Shown: positions 10,075 to 20,235 of the stretch, piece after piece | How the letters are laid out: every line of letters begins with the position of its first letter | How positions within the stretch are numbered: position 1 is the stretch's first letter | DNA from: Candidatus Marinacidobacterales bacterium | GTDB taxonomy: Bacteria > Acidobacteriota > Vicinamibacteria > Marinacidobacterales > SMYC01 | NCBI GenBank assembly: GCA_965224085.1 | Contig: CBDCYI010000004.1 | Span: 1,890,234-1,954,233, forward strand | Direction: 5' to 3' | DNA length: 64,000 bases | The notes under the pieces: generated by a model | What the model was told of the DNA's origin: nothing | What the model saw: the letters and a program-made list of their open reading frames with translations, nothing else | The model's database searches: none | Made by a program: the position numbers and the translations under genes

Positions 10075-10391
10075 ACCGTATCCAGAACCGATTCAACCGC
10101 CTGTGCGAAGCTTCCCCACAGAAGACGCTCCTGCGCCAGCGCTTCTTTTCCGGCCGGGGTCAGGTCGTAGACGCGGCGGCGGCGTCCGCCGACCGTGGCC
10201 CACGAGCTCGCCAGAAGCTTCTTCGATTCGAGCCTGTGAAGGGCGGGGTAGAGCGTTCCCTCAGGAAGATCCAGGACCCCATCGCTCGCTTCCGCGAGAC
10301 GGCGGGCGATGTGGTAGCCGTGGGCGGCGCCGGCGCCGACCACCGCAAGCAGCAGGAGATTCAGGTGTCCTTTCAACGTTTCTCTCTTCAT
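10071..10391 (-). CDS. PadR family regulator (acidobacterial type)
   Basis: LKGHLNLLLL, HGYHIA, EGTLYPALHRLE, RRRVYDLT; 4-bp overlap with the permease; GGAGG RBS. Confidence 0.93.
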   Translation of the reverse strand: MKRETLKGHLNLLLLAVVGAGAAHGYHIARRLAEASDGVLDLPEGTLYPALHRLESKKLLASSWATVGGRRRRVYDLTPAGKEALAQERLLWGSFAQAVESVLDTV

Positions 10392-10695
10392 ACCTCCGGA
10401 TACTACACCTCGGTATACGATGTATACAAGGGTAAAGTTCCCGTTCTCCTCGCCGCCCAGCCGCATCAGCGCGGCCGTAGGCAAGCACTTCACGGGGTAG
10501 GCGCCCATCGCTCGATCTCGTCGAACCCATTCCACACTTGAGAGCACGGAGCATGGCGGCGGCGCTTGCCTTTTCCGTTCCCTGATCTCGAGCGGAAGCT
10601 CCCCTTGTGACGGGCAAGGAGGGCGCGTAAGTCTCTTAATTCGAGCGCGGACGGATATTGGCGAAGGTTTGGGCGACAGCAACGCTCACGACTAT

Positions 10696-11170
10696 TCATC
10701 GGCTCGCCTTACCGGTGAGCAGGCTGACGGATGCGTAAACGACGAGCGCCGGGACCAAACCGATAACGTAGTGGTAGGGGATGTCGATCACTTTCAGCGT
10801 GCTCAACGACACGAATCCCACGCCGACGACAAACGAGGCCCAAGCCCCCTGTTCGGTTCCTTTTTTCCACACCAACCCGCCAACCACGGGTATGAGTCCG
10901 CCACAAACTTTGATCGCGTAAGAAAGAAGGAACAGATCGATAATCCTTGGGACGAGGTACGTGACCCCGAGCGCGCTGAGCCCAATGAGGACGCTGGCTA
11001 TCGTCGCGATCCTCAGGAGCTCCTTGTCGGTGGCATCCGGCCGGAGGATTTGTTGATAAATGTCCCGAACGACGTTGGCAACTCCGGAGAGCAGCACGCT
11101 GTCCGCCGTGGACATGATGGCGGCCAGAATCGCGGCGATGAAGATCGCCGCCACGACGGGAGGGAGCTCC
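10696..11170 (-). pseudogene. Sodium:solute symporter C-terminal fragment
   Basis: AAILAAIMSTADSVLL signature; N-terminal part absent, replaced by an IS91 relic. Confidence 0.85.
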
Positions 11171-11642
11171 TTCTGTCGTGGAGAAGGAGTGGCTTCAGCA
11201 TCGACGATTCCGTCCGTATCCCCGCAGGGGGAGAGAAAAACTCTCGAACACGTCGCCCGTTACATGCTCCGTTCTCCGGTGAGCCTTTCCAGAATGCGAT
11301 GGACCCCGGGCTCTCCTCATGTTCTCTACGCCCCCAAATCCTCTCACGACGACCCGATGGAGCTTTTCCCGCGGTTGCTGAAGATCGACGCTCTCGAGTT
11401 TTTGGCGCGCGTCATCACACAGGTCCCAGAGCCGAAGCGACACTTGCTCTTCTACTACGGGCACTACTCAAACGTGGCTCGAGGACGACGCCACAAAGCT
11501 CAACAGCCCGAGCAGGATATTTCTTCTCGAGTCGAGCGACAAGATAACGAACCGACCCTGAGCCCCGCCCGAAAGCAGGCTCTGCGCCGTCGCTGGGCAG
11601 ATTTGATTAGAAGAGTTTTCGAGCTCGACCCCCTTGTGTGTC
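11163..11642 (+). mobile_element. IS91-family transposase C-terminal relic (frameshifted)
   Basis: SWRRSGFSID / LEHVARYMLRSPVSLSR / DALEFLARV..QVP...YYGHYSN / WADLIRRVFELDPLVC in two frames. Confidence 0.8.
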
Positions 11643-11857
11643 TATCACCCGACCAAGCCATCCGTTTGACACAACACCACTGCCGCTTCCGCAATACTCG
11701 TGTACCTCGCCGCCCTTATAACTCCCTCACCAACACCAGCCCATAACCATCGGGCCTCCCAATGACTGACTTCCGCTCCCCAACCCACGTGTTCCCATTC
11801 GCTAGCACAGTTTTTCGACACGGCACTCACCGACGTTGCGGTCAAAGTTCCTATTCC

Positions 11858-12045
11858 TAACGGTCGGCTATATGTCTCCCGAACAGGCGAAGGGTGAGCC
11901 TGCGGACTTCCGGTCGGACCAGTTCTCCCTGGGAGCCATTCTGTACGAAATGGCCACCGGCCGCCTGGCGTTTTCGGGTGCAACAGCGGCCGACCGCCTG
12001 TCTGCAGTTCTGTGTGATGAACCTAAGTTCAGGCTCTTGAGTTAG
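11858..12045 (+). pseudogene. Hanks-type Ser/Thr kinase fragment (subdomains VIII-X)
   Basis: [34 protein letters not shown]. Confidence 0.85.
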
Positions 12046-12074
12046 TTGACATTGTATATACAATGCAATATCGT
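12046..12074 (+). promoter_or_regulatory. brnTA promoter and operator
   Basis: TTGACA-17 bp-TATCGT with palindrome CATTGTATATACAATG at 12050-12065. Confidence 0.75.
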
Positions 12075-12082
12075 TGATGTAG

Positions 12083-12364
12083 ATGGAATTTGAGTGGGAT
12101 GAAAAGAAAAACCTCTCGAATTTCCGCAAGCATGGAATCTGGTTTGAAGAGGCTCAAACTATATGGGCAGACGAATCGAGTTCCGAGTTCTTTGATCCCG
12201 AGCACAGAGAGTCGGAAGCTCGGTTCATCCGAGTTGGCCACTCTAGCGTGCATCGCTTGTTGCTCGTGGTCTTTTGTGAGCGATCGGGTGGCGACATCAT
12301 GCGCTTGATTTCAGCGCGGCGGGCTACAGAGAGCGAGAGACGGCAACATGAAGAAGGAATATGA
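12083..12364 (+). CDS. brnT: BrnT family toxin
   Basis: MEFEWDEKKNLSNFRKHGIWFEEA...RLISARRA. Confidence 0.93.
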   Translation: MEFEWDEKKNLSNFRKHGIWFEEAQTIWADESSSEFFDPEHRESEARFIRVGHSSVHRLLLVVFCERSGGDIMRLISARRATESERRQHEEGI

Positions 12365-12596
12365 TCTGAAGAAACTGAAGAAGAGACCGGGGAAGGTCAA
12401 AACCGATAAGGATGCGGTGAAGGTACCAGTCTCGATTCGACTGGATGGATCTGTATTGGCCGTAATAAAGACTGAAGCTGAGCGGTTAGGAGTTCCGTAT
12501 CAGACCTTGATTGGGAGTATCCTTCATCGTTACGCGTCGAATGAATTGATCGACCGCCGAAATCTGAACATGGTCAAGTCCATCAACGCATCTTGA
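12348..12596 (+). CDS. brnA: BrnA/CopG-type RHH antitoxin
   Basis: MKKEYD...VSIRLD...GVPYQTLI; overlaps the toxin gene. Confidence 0.88.
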   Translation: MKKEYDLKKLKKRPGKVKTDKDAVKVPVSIRLDGSVLAVIKTEAERLGVPYQTLIGSILHRYASNELIDRRNLNMVKSINAS

Positions 12597-12694
12597 ACAG
12601 TAAGCGTCACGCGAACGATTCGTTCCTGGACGGGTGGGCGACAGAGCATCGGTCGGCTCTCGGTTTGCTCACTCAAGTGACAGGAAGTGAGACG

Positions 12695-12721
12695 TGGTGG
12701 CGGGGGCGGGATTTGAACCCG
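12695..12721 (-). other. Isolated tRNA 3' end (T-arm plus CCA, initiator-Met-like); probable att-site relic
   Basis: Minus strand CGGGTTCAAATCCCGCCCCCGCCACCA; no 5' half adjacent. Confidence 0.7.
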
Positions 12722-12744
12722 ATCCGGCCACTTTTCTAACTAAC

Positions 12745-13340
12745 CGACCACGCCCATAGGGCGTGGGTTTAGGAAGGCCCCCCCGAGGGGGCCGATGACG
12801 TTGGGAAGGCCCCGTTGGGGCCGTCTCTCGTTATAACTCAGGTCGAGATCACCTTGGCGAGACTCAAGCTTTTCTTGCTCCCGGATGTACTTTCTTATTC
12901 GCTCCTCGTCAAGGCCAACCGTACTCACACAGTACCCCTTCGCCCAAAAATGCAAGCCCGTCATACGACGTTCTTTCTCGGTGGAGCAATTCTCGATCGT
13001 GGATGCGTACCGGACTCTTACTCCTTTGCTCACAAAGAAAACGCCGATCGTGTGAGATACGTGCTGTACTTGGGAGGGATGCTTCATACACAGGTGGATG
13101 TGGTCCGCGTTGCGCGTTGCCTTCTATCAGTTCTACTCGAGTCCTCTCTGTCCTTCCCTTCACATCGCCGCGTTTAGATTCTCGAAGAATTCGAAAAAGC
13201 CCCACGTGTGTGGGAACGACGCCGAAGAGTGACCGGATATAACACCCTTTCTACGATACTTGGGGTGATCACCACGAAATACCCGTCGACGAGCTTGCAT
13301 TCCCATCGCCCCACTCTGCGACAGGCTTTTCTTCATTCGT
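12745..13340 (-). mobile_element. tnpA: IS200/IS605 tnpA relic, heavily frameshifted, with terminal hairpins
   Basis: HFWAKGYCVSTVGLDEERIRKYIREQE; DHIHL and WECK pieces in other frames; hairpins ccacgccc-ata-gggcgtgg (12748-12766) and ggccccc..gggggcc (12776-12793). Confidence 0.8.
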
Positions 13341-14452
13341 GCATCTGCAGGTTCTCCTGGTTCGGAGGCCTATCGAAGATGTGGGTACGTTTTCCCGCAC
13401 CTCGTAGGCTCGGAACCTTACGAAACACATCGTCAGCAATCCGGATCGATCGAATCTCTTCGTCACGCCGCCAGAGGCGGCGAACTCCATTTAGGATTTG
13501 AAAGAAGGCACTAATTGATGGCGCGCGACTTTCGTCACTAAGTGGTTCGTGGCCAACGCCTTCGGCTCGAATCGAGTCCTCTCCAGTCCTCTGGAGTCCT
13601 TCCCTTCGGCACCAATTGATCGCCGTTCGTTTAGATTCAGTCGTTTTAGCGGTGTAACCCTCGAAAAAGCCAACGTGTGGCCAACATTATTTCAATCGTG
13701 TGTGGGAACGAGCCGCTTGCCAGCTACTTGGTCGCGAGTTCGGCACAGAATGACTCGGAGCAGTCGTTCCGTTGCTGATAGCGACTCCCTCCCAGCTCGA
13801 CTTTTCTTCCCGAACGCGGTCTTTGGCCTCACCAACGAACGCGAACTTCAGGCTTTGATGTGCTGCTAGGGTCGACTTCGACGGGCTCGGCTCTAATGCC
13901 GAGCTGGCAAAACGTGCGATCTTCGAGTCTGGTGAAACGCCAGCTCCCGATGGTCGGGAGCTTGGCCCGGAGAAGCGCGCTCAAGTCGAGCACGAGAAAT
14001 ACCCTGCTGGGGTGACGAGCTTCTTGCAAACAGTGACCTTGGGCATCCCTACGTCTGGCCCGGCCCATTATGGATCGTAATAGGTGCCCTCTGGCGCGCG
14101 ATACAAAGACACTCCCTCAGCGCTGGCCCGAGATCTTCATTACAGCCCGATCAGGTGCATCTGAACGGGTACTAGCTAGGGGATACCTTCGACGCAGTGC
14201 ATGGTACGAGCTTCTGATGCGCTATGACCGCGGGGAGCTCGAGCGCAGCCTCGAAAGCGCTTGGGGTAATGACAGGCGCGAGAGCATGTATCTGAAGGAG
14301 AAATCCACGCAGCAGTAGCGCGCCCCTCACTCGAGCGTTCCGGGGAAGTGCGGGAACCGTCGGGTACTGCTTGCGCAGGTGACGCGGGGACAATTGCTAA
14401 CCTTGCTGATTTTGTATATAGTTGCCGCTACATCGTGAGGGGGGGCGCGAAT

Positions 14453-15568
14453 GTGGTAGAAAAGCTCAGCCGTTTAACCGTTGCGGGAACCTGCGCGCTT
14501 TTTCTGGTTAGCTGGCCTCACGGCGCGCTGGACGCCGCGATGCCCGAGTTACTTCTGTTCGGCGGCAGCGGTCATGAGGACTTTCTCGGGTGTTTGACTT
14601 GCGGAGAAATCGAGACCCGCTCGGTTTGGAATCCCGTTGGCCATTACGGGTCTTATTCGAGCAGCAAGTCAGTATGGAATGCATTCAGCCAATACGGCGA
14701 TGAATCCAACCCCTTGAGCCCTTGGAACGAGTTCTCGGAAAGTGCACCCGCAGTAACCGATCGAGACGGTCGATTCTACGGCTATTTCTCGGTGAACGAA
14801 GGCCATCCAGAGCGCACGCAGGTCGAGTTCCTTGTCCTGATTCTCGATAACGACGAGTGGGTCAGAGACAACTTGGATAAAGTCCGGGCCGCGATGGCGT
14901 CGAATCGGACCACTCGACCACTGGGCCAGGAGCCGGATGCCCGGGGGCCGTTTCTCTCGAAGTGGGCGTACGCGTACAAAAAGTTGAAGGACGTCTCTCG
15001 TCCCGCGGCGGTTCCAAAAGCCGCCTCCGAGGATTCGACAACGGCGGCGGAGAACACCATTCCTGCGCCCATTGCGGAAAATTTACGGCGTAACTCCTAC
15101 ATCGGGAACTTTAGTCGCCCAGCCTCGTTCGCGATCTCTCTCGCCGAGCAGGCGGACCGTTACAAAAGGTCGACGGACGGACGCGTGCCGGCCCAGAAAG
15201 CCAGACCAGGAGATTCGGGGACGGCAAAGCGAAACGACCCTACTAGCAGTTTAACCATTGAAGGTGTCGTGATTGCAGAAAAGCTACGCCGCAGCTCCTA
15301 TTTTGGGAATTTCAGTCCCCAACTCCCGTTCGCCGTCGTGTCCGATCGAAGCGATAGTCCAAAGGCTGCGGTTCAGGATCGCGCGGGACCGTTCGTCATG
15401 CTCAAGGATGGCAGCCGACTAGATGGCGCGCTTCAGAAGTATGAAAACGGTCTCGCATACGTCTTGGTATGGAATCGGAGGGGGACGAAGCTAATACTGG
15501 CCACAATCCCTCGAAGCCAGATTCATGAAGCGGGCACGGCTGAGGCCCAACAACTCCATCGGCGCTAG
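14453..15568 (+). CDS. Hypothetical exported protein with internal duplicated motif
   Basis: Signal-like N-terminus; FLGCLTC...SVWN..G.YGS...SVWN..S.YG domain; IAENLRRNSYIGNFS / IAEKLRRSSYFGNFS repeat. Confidence 0.65.
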   Translation: MVEKLSRLTVAGTCALFLVSWPHGALDAAMPELLLFGGSGHEDFLGCLTCGEIETRSVWNPVGHYGSYSSSKSVWNAFSQYGDESNPLSPWNEFSESAPAVTDRDGRFYGYFSVNEGHPERTQVEFLVLILDNDEWVRDNLDKVRAAMASNRTTRPLGQEPDARGPFLSKWAYAYKKLKDVSRPAAVPKAASEDSTTAAENTIPAPIAENLRRNSYIGNFSRPASFAISLAEQADRYKRSTDGRVPAQKARPGDSGTAKRNDPTSSLTIEGVVIAEKLRRSSYFGNFSPQLPFAVVSDRSDSPKAAVQDRAGPFVMLKDGSRLDGALQKYENGLAYVLVWNRRGTKLILATIPRSQIHEAGTAEAQQLHRR

Positions 15569-15817
15569 TCCTGGTTTCCGCTTTCGCTCGATCGCAAGCG
15601 CCGGACCCGGGCGACTCGTGGCATCGAACCGGTCAAGTTGACGTGGCGCGTCATTTTTCTTGTGCTGCGTCGTGCCGGGGATTACCGATTGGCATGACGC
15701 GGCGCCTGGTAGCTTCTCAGCTTTTCGGCGACCGAACGTCGAGACACGTCGCCTTTACCTTTCAACAGCTGGCGCGCGTTGCAAAAGTCCATCGACCCAG
15801 TCGAGGTGGCTTTGCGC

Positions 15818-16904
15818 TGCCTTGGTGCACAACTCCGATAGAGGCCGAGAGCTCGCTTGGCCCCGACTCCCATCATCCGATCATCTCGCTATCAGGCATC
15901 CCGAGCGCCGTCATGGTGTTGAGAATCTTGCGCCCGATCCTTGCCTCGACTCTCTGTGCCGCCAACCCTCTCGCTCGCATCGCTGAGCCCACGATAGCCT
16001 TGTAGCGATGGAACGTTGTCTCGACTTTGCTCCGTTTGCTGTAGCCCGATTCTGTGTGCCACTTTCGTTTGCCGAGCCGAGCTTGTGCTGCAATGTTGCG
16101 ATTGCGCTGTCGGCTGCTCGCCGGCCCCGATGCGAGCAGGGCGCCCTTGCGCGGCGGTATCAGCACCCTCGGCGAGCGATGAGCGCTGTGATTCTCGATT
16201 GCCTCATAGACGCCGCTGGCGTCGTATGCGGTGTCAGCTCTGGCCGATGAGATGGGACTGTCGCTCTGTCCGACAAGCGATGCAACCCGCGATGAATCGC
16301 GGGCTCTTTTGCTCGTCAGCTCGCCGGCGACGACTTCGCCACTCTGCTCGTCGACACACAGATGGAGCTTGCGATAGTCCCTGCTATTTGGTGCTCTGCG
16401 CAGCTGGCCGGCGTGGACAGCGAGACCGCTGCTGTCGATCAAGATGTGCAACGGCGTCTTCTGCTTGTCTTGGTAGAAGGGGACCTTACCCAGCTTCGCC
16501 TTGCGCCTCGAGATCGTGGTGTGATCGGGCACATCATTGTCTAGCTTCATCAGAGCGAACAACGATCGCAGCAATCCCTCGCTCTGCCTAGACGACAGAT
16601 GAAACACCATGCCCAGGGTGACAGCCGTCTCGATGGCGTGGTTCGAGTACTTGCGTTGACGGCCCGGTTTCCTCCTCCTTGGCCGGGGCGCGTCCCAGTT
16701 CACAAGCTTGCCGGCGGTGAGCGAGATCCAGACGGTCAGGCTCCCGCGGTTGCGTAGACCCGCCTCATATTCACGCCAATTCCTCACGCGATAGGCCTTC
16801 TTCACATACTTCCGCTGAGTGCGTTTGAAAATGCTCATGGGGAACCTCGTATCCGCGAGTACAGGACAATTGTGGACCGAGATCGCGAGTTGTGCACCAA
16901 GGCA
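15818..16904 (-). mobile_element. IS5-family (IS903 group) element, copy 1, intact
   Basis: 18-bp TIR TGCCTTGGTGCACAACTC at both ends, resembling the IS903 TIR; no target duplication seen. Confidence 0.93.
15873..16838 (-). CDS. IS903-group DDE transposase
   Basis: YRVRNWREYEAGLRNRGSLTVW, PDHTTISRR, IDSSGL, ADTAYD, Y.KRSKVET. Confidence 0.93.
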   Translation of the reverse strand: MSIFKRTQRKYVKKAYRVRNWREYEAGLRNRGSLTVWISLTAGKLVNWDAPRPRRRKPGRQRKYSNHAIETAVTLGMVFHLSSRQSEGLLRSLFALMKLDNDVPDHTTISRRKAKLGKVPFYQDKQKTPLHILIDSSGLAVHAGQLRRAPNSRDYRKLHLCVDEQSGEVVAGELTSKRARDSSRVASLVGQSDSPISSARADTAYDASGVYEAIENHSAHRSPRVLIPPRKGALLASGPASSRQRNRNIAAQARLGKRKWHTESGYSKRSKVETTFHRYKAIVGSAMRARGLAAQRVEARIGRKILNTMTALGMPDSEMIG

Positions 16905-18132
16905 GCAGATGGGTGCATGTACGCTTTCGAGAGATGCCTTTCGTTTCGGCGATGGTGTCGAGCTGAAAGCTGCGACACAGGTTGTGTGCGAGCACGTTCA
17001 ACTGTTGCCAGGCGCTATTGGCGGCATAGCTTTTAGTGGGCACGACGTCGAGAGCGAACTGGCTGCGCAATTCGGCGAAGGTTTTCTCTTGGCCGCCTCG
17101 CCCAGCAGCGAAGTACCAAAGGCGTTGGACGGTGAGCGATTTGTTGGTGGCGACGGCTGAGTACTCGAAGTAGCCGTCGTCTGGAGAAAACAGGTCGAGC
17201 TGGAAGTTTTTCGGCGTTCGATGTCGAACTCGCTTCCGATAGGTCGCGATCCGGACGGTGATATTCCAGGGCTCGATGAAGTGTTTGATGGAGAAGCCAT
17301 CGATTTCGTCACTCACGCGGTGCCATCGCTTGCGCCCAGCGACGACCTCCTTTAGGCCGAGCCACGGCCAGAACGGAGCCTTGATCGCGAACTCGCTTCG
17401 GGAGCGCTCTAGCCTCTTGAGAATCTTTTCGTTGAAAAACGCGGCATCCGTGCGGAATTCCAGCTTTCGGGACCGACCGAACTGGCCCCGTAGCTCGCCT
17501 ATCAGCTCCCGTAGAAACGCATCGGCACCCTTGGAGTCGTGAACGTTGCCAGGACGATTTCTGGATTTGAGAATCTGGCCCGTCTGAGCCAGGTGAGCGA
17601 ACAAAGGGTAGTAACTTTTATTCTTCTTGCGATGAGGATTGAATCCTCGAAACGCCCATCCAACCTGATTGCCTGCCTGAACCACGGTGCCGTCCATATC
17701 TACCGTCAGACGGTTCAGACCCAATCGCTCGATCTGCTCGTGGACCAATACACCGTTCAACTCCGATAGGCCCTTGAGCCGCTCTCCCGTGAATTGCTTC
17801 AGCCAATTCACGATCGTCGGACGGCTCGGTAGTCTTCTCAACCCACAGAAGCGAAGCAGCATCGGGTCATCACAGACATACTGCAGGTGCTCTAGACGAC
17901 GAGCTCCCACGAGCAGCATCCCAACCAACACCAGAACCAGTCGGACGCTCCCGTAGTCCGACCGAATGCCTTTTCCTCTGCACGCCTTTCCTACCCGGCG
18001 GCTTAGCTCAACCCGGCGCAAATATCGTGAAAACAGTTCCAGTCCACCAAACGAGCTCAGGTTCTGCTTTGTGAACTCGATCGGAAGATCCTTGTTGAAG
18101 TTCCGGCGAAATCGAGATAGTTTCAAGCGCAC
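16905..18132 (-). mobile_element. IS1380-family transposase, C-terminus cut by IS903-group copy 1
   Basis: LSSFGGL, VDMDGTV, GFNPH...YYPL, RPGNVH, RTDAAF, GRGGQEKTFAELR; ORF runs into the IS TIR (PWCTT); probable left end near 18249. Confidence 0.88.
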
Positions 18133-18253
18133 TATAGGGGCCTCTGGTCGTTTGGGGTTTTGTTTGGAAGCAACGCTCCAAACATAAACCCAGAGGCTCC
18201 TTTGTCAATACTTTCGCGCTACTTTGCTCTCTTTTTTTTGCGATTAGGGCTAA

Positions 18254-18904
18254 ATGACTATCGCAGCCGGCTCGAAGCCATCGACGGAAGCGGCTGGCAG
18301 GTCGCACAGCAAATCGACCACCACCTCGTGCGGGCCGATTCCGGTCGCCATGCGGACCCACAGCTACCACTGGGTCGAGCTCGCCACGATGGAGAAAGAG
18401 CCGCACGCGAGCCCGATACGCCGCACGCCGTCGCTCTACAACATTTTCGACGCGCGGTCGGAAGGCCTCGCAACCGGAATCGAAGAGTGGTTGATGCAGG
18501 CCGGTCTATTCGACGAGCGGCCACGCGCGAGAGAGCTCATCTACATCATGCTCGCGCAACGCGCAGCGCGGGCGATCGGCGGATTGATGATGCACGGCAA
18601 CGAGTACACGATCGAAGAGGCCGCCGAGTTCGCCGCCGCTTGGACGCCGCGCGGCTGGATGCCGGCCGGCAGCAACACCGTTTGGGGCGAGCAGCACCTT
18701 TACTTGGCGCAGCCCGGATACGGGACGAGCTACTTGATGGGCAAGATCCAGATCGAAGAGCTCATGGCTGAGAGAGCCCATGAGCTCGGCGACGCATTCA
18801 CGCTTCGCGGTTTCATGGACGAGTGCGCCGCCGTCGGCGTGATTCCTGTCTCGCTCGTCCGCTGGGAGCTCACTGGACGCGACGTGACAAACGTCGCTCC
18901 CTGA
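18254..18904 (+). pseudogene. DUF885-family protein C-terminal fragment
   Basis: QPGYGTSYLMGKIQI...LGDAFTLRGFMD...GVIP; begins right at the IS1380 boundary. Confidence 0.7.
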
Positions 18905-18943
18905 CTGGCGCCGCTTCGAGCTAAAATGGCTCCGGAGACTAGC

Positions 18944-20224
18944 ATGCGAAAATGCATTTCACTCTGGGTCCTGGCATCAGCATTGTGGGCCGGGCTCGCA
19001 CAAGCACAGTCTCAACCGGACCAAGCGGATGTGTGGCTTCAAGAGACCGTTCTTAAGGTCCTTGCGGGCCGAGGCTACGAATCCTTGCGCGTTCAAGCAA
19101 CGGACGGTGTCGTCACGGTCACGGGCCGGGTTCGCAGTGCCCGGGACAAGATCCTCATCATCCAAGCTGCGTTCACCGTCGCCGAAGTCGAGGCCATCGA
19201 AAGCGAGCTTCAACTGCAGGTCAGTGGCACACGCCAGCTCGAGGAGGAGATCTGGCTGACTCTGTTTCAAGAGGGATTGGGCGGGGAACTCGAAGAAATC
19301 ATCGTCAAGAACGGGGTCGCCGAAGTAAGCGGCCGAGTCCCCGATGAAGCTACACGTGACCAAGTCTTCGCCATCGTGCGTCGCGTCCCTGGAGTCGAAG
19401 CGATCACGGGCGCGCTCATCGTCGCGGAGGCCGCCCCCAGCGCACCCGAGCCCACGCGGACGGCGATGGCGGCGACCCCAGAACTCGCATCCGTGCCCAC
19501 ACCAGCGCCCGAGCCAGAGCATGCGCCTGAGCCAAAGCCAGTGCCCGCGCCCGAACCAAAGCCAGGGCCTCCGCTCGAACCAGAGCCTGCGCCCGAACCA
19601 GAGCCTGCGCCTGAGCCAGAGCCTACGTCTGTGCCAGAGCCTGCGCCTGAGCCTACGTCTGTGCCAAAGCCTGCGCCAGAGCCTGCGCCTAAGCCTGCGC
19701 CTGAGCCAGTGGCGGTGCGTGTGCCCGAACCCGCGCGCATCCTAAAAGCCGCACCGGCGCGCAAAGCTGCTCCGGCTCGGAGCGAGAACGACATTGCCAG
19801 GGAAATCGCCCAACGAATCCTATCGTCGGACTACACGGTGTTCGACCACATCCAATTCGGCTTCGACGAGGGCGTAGTGGAGATCGATGGCTCTCTAACG
19901 ACTCGAGAAAAGAAAGATGCGCTCGAGGACAGTATCGCGAACATCTCGGGCGTCGTCTCAGTTAAGAGCGACATCCGCGTCCAATCCGACTCGTCCGCCG
20001 ATCAAAGGCTGCGACGGAACCTGTTTCGCCGCATCTATGACGATCCTGCCTTCGCCGAGTTTGCCGACAAACCGAACCCTCCTATCCACATCATCGTCGA
20101 CGGCAAGCACGTGACGCTGACGGGCGCCGTGGACACGCTCGTCAAACAGATGGCGGCGGAGGCGATCGCGCGTACGACTTTCGGCGTGCGTTCGGTGAGA
20201 AACCAGATCCGCGTTCGCGAGTAG
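18944..20224 (+). CDS. Secreted multi-BON-domain protein with Pro/Glu-rich linker
   Basis: Signal peptide (AQA); four BON-like units ([38 protein letters not shown]...GVRSVRNQI). Confidence 0.88.
   Translation: MRKCISLWVLASALWAGLAQAQSQPDQADVWLQETVLKVLAGRGYESLRVQATDGVVTVTGRVRSARDKILIIQAAFTVAEVEAIESELQLQVSGTRQLEEEIWLTLFQEGLGGELEEIIVKNGVAEVSGRVPDEATRDQVFAIVRRVPGVEAITGALIVAEAAPSAPEPTRTAMAATPELASVPTPAPEPEHAPEPKPVPAPEPKPGPPLEPEPAPEPEPAPEPEPTSVPEPAPEPTSVPKPAPEPAPKPAPEPVAVRVPEPARILKAAPARKAAPARSENDIAREIAQRILSSDYTVFDHIQFGFDEGVVEIDGSLTTREKKDALEDSIANISGVVSVKSDIRVQSDSSADQRLRRNLFRRIYDDPAFAEFADKPNPPIHIIVDGKHVTLTGAVDTLVKQMAAEAIARTTFGVRSVRNQIRVRE
19497..19732 (+). repeat. Coding 12/18-bp degenerate tandem repeats (PEPAPE)
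   Basis: Repeated gagcctgcgcc and gagcctacgtctgtgcc units. Confidence 0.85.
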
Positions 20225-20235
20225 CGGTCAGATCT

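Noticed and set aside
12695-12721. Complete tRNA gene
   Set aside because: Only the T-arm and 3' acceptor strand are present; no D or anticodon arm.
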